From an uncultured virus (IMG/VR IMGVR_UViG_3300033066_001967) (taxonomy: Duplodnaviria; Heunggongvirae; Uroviricota; Caudoviricetes), in the IMG/VR virus record IMGVR_UViG_3300033066_001967: DNA of 64,000 bases. One strand, 5' to 3'. The position numbers and the translations under genes are program-made. Numbering within the stretch: position 1 is the stretch's first letter; every line of letters begins with the position of its first letter. Below the pieces are notes generated by a model that had not been told where the DNA came from, did not search any database, and worked only from the letters and a program-made list of their open reading frames with translations. Shown here one piece after another: positions 16,088 through 23,243 of the stretch.

Positions 16088-18141
16088 AGGCTACGGCTAT
16101 TGTGACTGTACACGACGAAGGCTTCCTCGCCTGGCGCTCGATGCGCTCGGCTTGGGAGGCGCTGTTGAAGCTGCCTAGCGGCGAGCTGCTCATCGTCGTC
16201 GACCGAGGAGACAGAGACACGCAATCGTGCGCCAACGACTTCGTCGAGTCGTGCGCCGGCAACCCGAAGCACCGCGCGCGCTTCTTCGAGGTCGACAACG
16301 GCGACCTCGGAGCGTCGCGCAACGACGGCGTGAAGATGGCGAGCGGCGAGTTCGTCGCATTCCTCGACGCCGACGACGTGTGGTGCGAGGACTGGCTGGA
16401 GAAAGGCATCGCGTACCTCGACACGGTGCCCGGCAACGCTGTGGCGCACCCGCAGGTCAACGTGAACTTCGAGGCCGACCAAATGTGGTGGCAGCACATC
16501 GACTCGCGCGACCCGAGCTTCGACCCGAGCACGTTCATGGTGACGAACCACTGGACCGCGCTCGCGCTCGCGCCGCGTTGGTTCTTCGACAAGCACCCGT
16601 ACCGTGCGGCGGGCGGCGGCTTCGGCTTCGAGGACTGGGAGTGGAACATGCGCACGCTCGCCGACGGCATCGCGCACGTGGTGGTGCCCGAGACGGCCCA
16701 CTTCATCCGGCGCTCGCCCAAGAGCATGACGAACCGTCACGCCGCGCTCGGCAGCGTCACGCGTCCGAACGAGTTCTTCGACAAGCCGTACGTCCCACTG
16801 CAAGGTCTGGGCGAGCCTGCGGCGCTGGCGCTCGGAGAGTGGCTCACCGATGCGTGGAAGAAGGCGCATCAAATCGAGCCCGAGCTTTGGCCGGGTCAGC
16901 GCGAGCTGGTCCAGCGCCAGCGATACTTCGCGCCGAGCGCGCCGCAGCTATTTGACGTGTACCAACGCATCCGCGCGACCATCCCGGCGGATGCGACGCA
17001 CGCCGTCCTCTTCGCCGGCCTCGGCGGCGGCGCAGACCTGCGCGTGGAGAAGTACGCCGACGCCATCGTTGCCTCGGGCGGCAAGCCGGCGCTCATCGCA
17101 ACCGACGCGCGCTCGCACGGCTTCCCCAAGCACGACACCATCGAGGTCTCGCAGGCCTTGGGCGCGCTCGACCCGGGCGGGCGCTCGCGCGTGGTGCAGC
17201 GGCTCATGCTTCAACTGGCCGCGCGCGGCGTGACGCTGCACATCGTCAACAGCCAGGCGGCGTGGTTCGCCGTCGCGCAGAACACCGACGTCTTCAAGAA
17301 GACGGTCTACGCGTCGCTCTACGCCTACGAGCACAACCCCACGGGAGCGCTTGGCGGTTACGTGGCCAACGGCGCGTTCAGCGCGAGCATGAAGGCCGTC
17401 AAGTCGGTGTTCACCGACAACGACGTCTTCCGCCGCGAGGTGCGCGAGCGCCTCGGATGGCCGTACACGGTCGTCGCCCCGACGCCGTTCGCTCCGGTCG
17501 GGGAGCTGAAGCCCAAGAAACGCGAGGACGGTCACCCCATCCGCGTGCTCGTCGCCGGGCGAGCGGACTGGAACAAGAACCTCGACTTCGTGTTCACCAT
17601 CGCATCGCACTGCCTCACGGCGGGCGAGAAGGTGATGTTCGACGTCGTCGGCGAGTCGAGCGACTACCACGGCTTCACCGCGCTCTCGAAACTGAAGGCG
17701 CTGCCGAACGTGAAGCTGCGCCCGAGCTACCAGGCCTTCGCGCAGCTCAAGCCCGAGGCCTTCGACGTGTTCCTGCTGACCTCACACAACGAAGGGATGC
17801 CGAACACGGTGCTGGAGGCGATGGCGCACGGCCTACCGGTGGTGTGCTCGCCGGCTGGCGGCCTGAAGGACTGTGCGGTCGGCGAGTGGCCGGGGCGCGT
17901 GGTCAAGGGCGAGGACCCGGCGGAGTGGGTAAAACACATCAAGCAGGCCGCCGACGGCGGCCTCAACCCCCACCTATGGCTGCGTAAGAAGCACACGCAG
18001 GCCGCGTTCGAGGCCGCCCTGAGGGGCAGCGGGTACCTGGCCAGCCGGCTGAAAGTGGCCCCAAAGCCACCCGATGAGCAGCCCCGCGCCCAAAGCGCCC
18101 AGGATGCCCCCAGCGACGCCCAGCCATCCGCCCAGGCTTAG
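16069..18141 (+). CDS. Bifunctional glycosyltransferase (N-terminal GT2, C-terminal GT4)
   Basis: IVTVHDEG...VVDRGD...GASRNDGV...FLDADD...EDW; C-terminal AGR...KN...DVFLLTSHNEGMPNTVLEAMAHGLPVV. Confidence 0.9.
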   Translation: MGNEEVKATAIVTVHDEGFLAWRSMRSAWEALLKLPSGELLIVVDRGDRDTQSCANDFVESCAGNPKHRARFFEVDNGDLGASRNDGVKMASGEFVAFLDADDVWCEDWLEKGIAYLDTVPGNAVAHPQVNVNFEADQMWWQHIDSRDPSFDPSTFMVTNHWTALALAPRWFFDKHPYRAAGGGFGFEDWEWNMRTLADGIAHVVVPETAHFIRRSPKSMTNRHAALGSVTRPNEFFDKPYVPLQGLGEPAALALGEWLTDAWKKAHQIEPELWPGQRELVQRQRYFAPSAPQLFDVYQRIRATIPADATHAVLFAGLGGGADLRVEKYADAIVASGGKPALIATDARSHGFPKHDTIEVSQALGALDPGGRSRVVQRLMLQLAARGVTLHIVNSQAAWFAVAQNTDVFKKTVYASLYAYEHNPTGALGGYVANGAFSASMKAVKSVFTDNDVFRREVRERLGWPYTVVAPTPFAPVGELKPKKREDGHPIRVLVAGRADWNKNLDFVFTIASHCLTAGEKVMFDVVGESSDYHGFTALSKLKALPNVKLRPSYQAFAQLKPEAFDVFLLTSHNEGMPNTVLEAMAHGLPVVCSPAGGLKDCAVGEWPGRVVKGEDPAEWVKHIKQAADGGLNPHLWLRKKHTQAAFEAALRGSGYLASRLKVAPKPPDEQPRAQSAQDAPSDAQPSAQA

Positions 18142-18501
18142 CCCCTGCCCACCCTCCAAAGTCGCGCGACGGGCCCGTTCCGCGCGAAACGCACCCATTG
18201 CCTCCTCCACGGCCCGCTCCGCAGCGGATGCCTGCTCCTCCCTCCAATGGAGGAAGTCCCGCCCGTCGTCCACGGACAGGCAGTACCGAAATGGAACAGT
18301 CTCGGGACACCGGGGGAACCGTGGCGCAGTGCGCCATTCCCACGGCTTAGACGGGGCCGGCTGGCTTGCCGGGGTCGCCGACAACGACGTCGCCGGGGCC
18401 GTTGTGAGCGGCTGCACGGCGGCGCAGGATGTCGTCAACAGTAGCAGAACCGTTGAGCACCAGGTCAATCTCGTCGGGCGTGAGCGTGTCGATTGCGGCA
18501 T
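17974..18501 (-). CDS. Spanin-like lipoprotein with additional C-terminal TM segment
   Basis: LLLLTTSC lipobox-like, Pro-rich segment, helix, then GGWLGVAGGILGALGAGLLIGWLW; starts inside the upstream gene. Confidence 0.6.
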   Translation of the reverse strand: MPQSTRSRPTRLTWCSTVLLLLTTSCAAVQPLTTAPATSLSATPASQPAPSKPWEWRTAPRFPRCPETVPFRYCLSVDDGRDFLHWREEQASAAERAVEEAMGAFRAERARRATLEGGQGLSLGGWLGVAGGILGALGAGLLIGWLWGHFQPAGQVPAAPQGGLERGLRVLLTQP

Positions 18502-18673
18502 GAGCCGACTCCTTGCGTTGGTCGATGTCCTCGACCTTGCGCTGCGTCTCGGTGCGGGCCTCGTCCTCGGCAGCGAAGCCGGGCACCTTCTTGCCGGCGG
18601 CCTGCGCGAGCGCGAGCACGACGAACGCGACGAGCGCGCCGACGGCGGCGCCGGCAAAGAAGGCGGCAGTCAC
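18347..18673 (-). CDS. i-spanin-like membrane protein
   Basis: N-terminal TM followed by charged helix; lysis cassette position; overlapped by the lipoprotein gene. Confidence 0.55.
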   Translation of the reverse strand: MTAAFFAGAAVGALVAFVVLALAQAAGKKVPGFAAEDEARTETQRKVEDIDQRKESAHAAIDTLTPDEIDLVLNGSATVDDILRRRAAAHNGPGDVVVGDPGKPAGPV

Positions 18674-19116
18674 TAGTGCTCGGCGCCCGGCGCGGTGGCC
18701 GGCTTCTCGCTGAACTGTTTGATGAACTGGTTACCGAAGACTTGCAGCGACGTGAACGTGGTCGCGTGCGTCAGCGCGGCGAGAAGCGGTACGCCGCTGA
18801 CGAGCAGACCGATGACGCCGCCGATGAGCGACAAAGCGGTGACGATGACGAGCTTCCACTTGCCCGCGAAGTCCGCGAGCTTGGTGCGGAAGAAGAGCAG
18901 CAAGGCTTGCACGACGAGGAAGACGATGCCGAGGGCGGTCGCGCCCTTGAAACCGCCTAGTGACTTGAGCAGCTCACCGAGCGCTTGTTCGGTGCTGATG
19001 TCAGTCGTCGGAAGTAACACCGGCAACGACGCGGGCTCAACTTGCGCGAGCGCGAGCGCGGGTACGAGAAGGATTGCGAGTACTGCGAGAAGCCGCTTTA
19101 GAGTTTTGACCACCAT
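18673..19116 (-). CDS. Holin-like membrane protein with N-terminal signal peptide
   Basis: KRLLAVLAILLVPALALA|Q signal plus two or three TM segments; follows the endolysin. Confidence 0.55.
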   Translation of the reverse strand: MVVKTLKRLLAVLAILLVPALALAQVEPASLPVLLPTTDISTEQALGELLKSLGGFKGATALGIVFLVVQALLLFFRTKLADFAGKWKLVIVTALSLIGGVIGLLVSGVPLLAALTHATTFTSLQVFGNQFIKQFSEKPATAPGAEH

Positions 19117-19649
19117 TTTTTGAGTCCCTCGGCGACCAGCATGCCATAGGACTCAGGGCCGCCGCTAGAGCCAAGAAAGGCCGCCTGCTCGGCGTTGCTC
19201 CCGAACAGACCCTCGACGATGATGGCCGGGAACGGTGCCTTGAGGAAGAACAACGAGCCGTCTCCGCGCGGCCCGCGATTCGACCACTTGTGGTGTCCTG
19301 CCGCGAAGCCCAGCGCAAGTGCCGTGGACACCTCCGTCGCGCACGCCTTGCCCGTTGGGCTCTGCGGGTGGTGGATGACCTCGCTGTAGTCGGCGTTAGG
19401 GTTCTCGCCCGAGGCGTTGAAGTGAATCTCGACGCCCATGGTCGCTGGCGCGCACACGCGCTGCTTCGGCCCCATCGCGCCGTCGCGCGTGAACCATCCT
19501 GCCTCGACGAGGAACGCCGGTATCTGCGCGGCAGATAGCACCTCGAACGCAGCGCGCGAGGCAGCCTTGCTCATGTCGTACTCGTAGAGGCCGTTGACGG
19601 TCTTCGCTCCTGGCGCGAGCTTGGTGTGGGCGACGCTGAGAATAATCAT
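19098..19649 (-). CDS. Endolysin, N-acetylmuramoyl-L-alanine amidase (Amidase_3-like)
   Basis: IILSVAH...PGA...E...VEIHFNA...LFFL...PAIIVEGLF.SN. Confidence 0.85.
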   Translation of the reverse strand: MIILSVAHTKLAPGAKTVNGLYEYDMSKAASRAAFEVLSAAQIPAFLVEAGWFTRDGAMGPKQRVCAPATMGVEIHFNASGENPNADYSEVIHHPQSPTGKACATEVSTALALGFAAGHHKWSNRGPRGDGSLFFLKAPFPAIIVEGLFGSNAEQAAFLGSSGGPESYGMLVAEGLKKWWSKL

Positions 19650-20036
19650 CTACTCCCCCTTGTTCTTTCCGAGCGCGTCGCGCACGGCGATTTCTCTGGC
19701 GAGGTCGCTTTCGAGCACGGCAACCCGGTTGCTGACTTTCTCTACGCGAGCGTCGAAGCCGTCGCCCATCGAGCGCATGCTCGCGCGCGTCTGCTCGCGC
19801 ATTTGCTCGACCTCGGTCTTGGTCGCATAGAGAGGCATCGAGTCCTTCACCTTCTCCAGCGTGCCCTCCATCTTGTCGAGCTTGCGCTCGAACGCCTTCC
19901 ACAACACGGTGCCGAGCAGCACGAGCAGCGTGAACATGCCGCCGATGACGGCTATGAGCATCGCCGGCGGCACCGTCTGCGCGACCGCTGTCTCGGCTGG
20001 CGTCGGCGTGGTGAGCAGGAGCGCTTCGAGTATCAT
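19650..20036 (-). CDS. Membrane protein with coiled coil (holin/antiholin-like)
   Basis: TM LIAVIGGMFTLLVLLGTVLW followed by a heptad-like helix; directly upstream of the endolysin. Confidence 0.55.
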   Translation of the reverse strand: MILEALLLTTPTPAETAVAQTVPPAMLIAVIGGMFTLLVLLGTVLWKAFERKLDKMEGTLEKVKDSMPLYATKTEVEQMREQTRASMRSMGDGFDARVEKVSNRVAVLESDLAREIAVRDALGKNKGE

Positions 20037-20830
20037 CACGGCACGTCCGAGGTGATGTTGCCGGCGCCGGCCATGTTCTGGCAGGTGCCGTTCGCTGAGC
20101 CTACGCGGTCGGTGATGGTCGGATAGGTGTCGCCGTCTCCCATGCGGTACCAGTGGATGAGGTTCACTGCCTTGCTGTGAGCCTTCGGGTTCATGGGCTT
20201 CGTGCGCTGGCACAGCTCGCGGTGCTGCGCGTCAGTGAGGTCGTCCGACCAATAGGTAACCTCGTCGATGCTGCCCTTCCACGGGTATCCGACGTCGGTG
20301 TTGTCGTTGAAGCGGTTTGCGCCGATGAGCCAGTCCGCTGTTGTCTCCCACGGGCCTATGCCGACCGCAAACGTGGAGCCGACTTGCGTGCCGTCAAGGT
20401 AGATGCGCGCGGTCGAACCGTTGATGCTCATCGAGTAGCAATGCCACCCGAAGACGCCGCCCGGAGCGATGTTGCCGCCGAAGGTGTTCTCGCCGCCGTA
20501 GACGAGCGCCTCGATTGCCTCGTCAGCACGTACGCCGGTGACGACGCCGACTTGCCCGCCGCCGGCCATGCGCGCCTTGCCGCCGAGGTGGCGCTCGAAG
20601 TCGCCGGCCTCGCCGCGCTTGAACCACTTGCTGATGGAGAACTTGCTCGTGCCGACGGTCAAGTCCATGTTGGCCGGCTTGCCGAGGTTCACGATGTCGT
20701 TGCTGCCGTCGAAGCTCAACGAGCTGGTGTTGACGAGCGCGACGTTACCGCTCGTCGCGGCGAGCTGCGTGCGCACGCGCGGCTGGTGCCCGGCTGCCGT
20801 GAGGCAGAGCGCGAGGAGGACTATCGGCAT
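20036..20830 (-). CDS. LamG/concanavalin A-like lectin domain protein with signal-like N-terminus
   Basis: SLSFDGSNDIV, FSISKWFK, WH, IYLDG, IGA, KGSIDEV.YW...L, HWYRMGD. Confidence 0.8.
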   Translation of the reverse strand: MPIVLLALCLTAAGHQPRVRTQLAATSGNVALVNTSSLSFDGSNDIVNLGKPANMDLTVGTSKFSISKWFKRGEAGDFERHLGGKARMAGGGQVGVVTGVRADEAIEALVYGGENTFGGNIAPGGVFGWHCYSMSINGSTARIYLDGTQVGSTFAVGIGPWETTADWLIGANRFNDNTDVGYPWKGSIDEVTYWSDDLTDAQHRELCQRTKPMNPKAHSKAVNLIHWYRMGDGDTYPTITDRVGSANGTCQNMAGAGNITSDVP

Positions 20831-21234
20831 TCTGTGACGTAGCATTTGCCGTCGGTCTCCCCGCTCTTCTTGACGAAGCCGACGTACTGCCCACCGGTCT
20901 CACTCGTGAACCAGTAAGGCACGTTCGAACTGAACAACGGTACGCCGGTGATGGTGATACCCGTGACGCCGACGGCGCCCTGTCGCATCCACGCCTTGTT
21001 CTCACACGTGACGGTGAAACCGGCGTTGACCGTGATGGCCGTCGCGTCGGTGGACGGCGTCGCGGACGAGTCGACCTCGACCGAGGCCGAGCCCGCGTGC
21101 GAGCACGGACGCGTGAGGTTCGCCGCACCGCCGACTGAGAACGCCGGAGGTGCCGGCGCAGCCACGATGTAGCTCGCGATGGAGAGGACTACGAAGATTG
21201 CGCCGATTGCATAGAGGTGTTTCATGCGGACCAT
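20821..21234 (-). CDS. Secreted or membrane-anchored small beta protein
   Basis: MKHLYAIGAIFVVLSIASYIVA signal/TM; AAGGAG RBS. Confidence 0.65.
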   Translation of the reverse strand: MVRMKHLYAIGAIFVVLSIASYIVAAPAPPAFSVGGAANLTRPCSHAGSASVEVDSSATPSTDATAITVNAGFTVTCENKAWMRQGAVGVTGITITGVPLFSSNVPYWFTSETGGQYVGFVKKSGETDGKCYVTECR

Positions 21235-21269
21235 TGTAGCTCCTTTGTCAGTCTCGGACTAGATGCAGA

Positions 21270-21387
21270 GAGGTAGGTGGTGGGTGGGTGGGGGTGTCCC
21301 CTACGGAAAGAAAAGAAACGTAGTAGTACTACAATACTATTTCTTTTCTTCTTATAGCGGACACCCCACCCACCCACCACCTACCTC
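21270..21387. repeat. 118-bp quasi-palindrome (element A)
   Basis: Left arm GAGGTAGGTGGTGGGTGGGTGGGGGTGTCC vs right arm GGACACCCCACCCACCCACCACCTACCTC (one-G indel); inner AAGAAAAGAAA/TTTCTTTTCTT; central GTAGTACTAC palindrome. Confidence 0.95.
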
Positions 21388-22429
21388 ACAGAATGCCTGC
21401 GTAGTAGTCGCCTAGGGCGTTGCGCGCGCCGACAGTGGCGGAGTTTCCGTTGCGCGACCACAGGTTGAATCCGCGCGGCGCGCCGGCGGCGTACTCTTCG
21501 TTTGATAGGCCCTGCCAGTAGACCGCGCCGGTGAAGCCGAGCGCCTGGGCGTTGGTCACCACGGCGCCAAGCATGCCAACGGCGTTGAGCGTGCCGGGCC
21601 AATATGGCGCCTCTTGAGGGAAACCGAACTCGCCGAGGAAGACCGGCGTGCCGTTCGGCATGCCCTCCATTGTCAGGCGCGTCTTGATGCTCGCGAGCTT
21701 TGCGGCGATGTCCGCCTCGATGGCCGTCTGGTCGGTGATGCTGCCGCCCGCTGCGGTCCACCCTTCGATGGCCTCGTAGCAGGAAAGCGAGACCATGTCC
21801 GGTTGAATGACGGGCACTACGTCACGGTGCACGCGCAGGCCGTAGTCGTCGAGCACGCGGTTGCACTCGACGGCGTAATAGACGCGACCGCCGGTCGACA
21901 CGACGCGCATGGCCGCGCGCACGGCGCGCTGCCTGCGGCGCTGGAAGTCGAGGTAGGCGTTGAGCCACGCGCGACGCTGCGCGTCTGACGGATTGAAGCT
22001 GTTGAGGAGCTGCCAGTCGCCCTCCCAGTTCTTGAGGACGAACTCCTTGGTCGGGTACGTCGTCGCGAGGTGGACGGCAAGGTTGTACATCTCCGTCTCG
22101 ACGGCGTCGCCAACGGTGTCGGTCCACTTGCCGGCCCACGCGTTGTCGAGCGGCTGGTCAATGGAGAAGCACGAGAGCAGGTATCGGTCGAAGCGCGCGT
22201 CGGAGAAGACGGTCGCGAACGGCGCCGTCTGCGCGAGTTGTGTGAAGTTCGAGGCGGTGCCGCCGAAGTCCTGGTTCGGGTACTTCGTCGTGTTGTACGC
22301 AATCGAGAACTCGAACTTGATGGTTCGGAAACCGAGTCCGGCGATGAGGTCCGCGCCATAGAGCAAGAAGTCCTGCTGTACGGTGCGCAGCGGGTAGAGC
22401 CCGGCGATGTGCGTGCAGCCGTGCCACAT
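21386..22429 (-). CDS. Glycoside-hydrolase-like (TIM-barrel) protein
   Basis: GADLIAGLGFRTIKF, KNWEGDW, VECN, DMVSLSCY, PVFLGEFGFP, AVYWQ (clan GH-A-like pattern). Confidence 0.55.
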   Translation of the reverse strand: MWHGCTHIAGLYPLRTVQQDFLLYGADLIAGLGFRTIKFEFSIAYNTTKYPNQDFGGTASNFTQLAQTAPFATVFSDARFDRYLLSCFSIDQPLDNAWAGKWTDTVGDAVETEMYNLAVHLATTYPTKEFVLKNWEGDWQLLNSFNPSDAQRRAWLNAYLDFQRRRQRAVRAAMRVVSTGGRVYYAVECNRVLDDYGLRVHRDVVPVIQPDMVSLSCYEAIEGWTAAGGSITDQTAIEADIAAKLASIKTRLTMEGMPNGTPVFLGEFGFPQEAPYWPGTLNAVGMLGAVVTNAQALGFTGAVYWQGLSNEEYAAGAPRGFNLWSRNGNSATVGARNALGDYYAGIL

Positions 22430-22430
22430 G

Positions 22431-23243
22431 TCAGCGGACCACTGTCTTCTCGTAGTAGAAGGCGTCTGCGAGCATGATGCGTGCGGTCGTGCCGAGCGTT
22501 TTGCGGAGGTAGAATATAGGACCGAGACGCCCGGCTGGCAGGTTCGTCGATATGGTGCCGACCGTAGAATACGCGGCACCGTCCGTGGCGATGTATCCGG
22601 TCACGCTCGTGTAGCCGGCGTTGAACTCCAGCCGTGCGGTGTACCAGGTGTTGGCCGAAACCGTGATGGCGCTGTTGGCGGTCTGAGGAGAGCTGCCGTC
22701 GGATGTCTCCAGCGTGAACTGCCCGCTGTTGACGTTGTCGGTGTACTGAATCCACACGCCCTGGTTGGGCACGCCGTTGGCCGAGTTCGAGAACCCGACG
22801 TACGTGATGTATCGGTTCGTGCCGTCGCTGAGAGACGCTGGCGTCTTGAAGCTATACTCAGCGATGAGCCCTCCGTTCAAAATCCACGAGTCGAGCTGCA
22901 ACAACAAAAGCGGCTGCGATGTCGCGCTCGCGCCGGTGCTGAGCGATACCAGACCCTGATGATTGACCGTGTTAGTCGAGGATAGGTCGACGGCGACAGT
23001 GCCGCTGTTGCTTTGCGTGCCCCAGTTCAGGTTGCCCGACACGTCGTTGCCCGTGAACTCCTCCAGCCCCCAACTCTTGGTGCGCATGGAAAATGCCGGA
23101 GCGCACAGAGCCCACTTTGCTCCGCTGACGCACGGCATCTTACCTTGGTCGGTGGAGCGATTGAACGGCGGAAGAGTTGAGTACGTGAGCGCGCCCATGA
23201 GGAAGAGCGCGACGATGCCCAGCCACACGCGAGAGTTTTTCAT
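22431..23243 (-). CDS. Beta-sandwich virion-associated-type protein with signal-like N-terminus
   Basis: MKNSRVWLGIVALFLMGA; S/T/N-rich beta strands; ANTWYT.RLE...TISTNLP. Confidence 0.6.
   Translation of the reverse strand: MKNSRVWLGIVALFLMGALTYSTLPPFNRSTDQGKMPCVSGAKWALCAPAFSMRTKSWGLEEFTGNDVSGNLNWGTQSNSGTVAVDLSSTNTVNHQGLVSLSTGASATSQPLLLLQLDSWILNGGLIAEYSFKTPASLSDGTNRYITYVGFSNSANGVPNQGVWIQYTDNVNSGQFTLETSDGSSPQTANSAITVSANTWYTARLEFNAGYTSVTGYIATDGAAYSTVGTISTNLPAGRLGPIFYLRKTLGTTARIMLADAFYYEKTVVR

Noticed and set aside
21270..21387. Element A as a protelomerase (telRL) site, CRISPR repeat or simple terminator
   Set aside because: No protelomerase is visible in the window, the centre is imperfect, there is no repeat-spacer array, and it is much longer than an intrinsic terminator.
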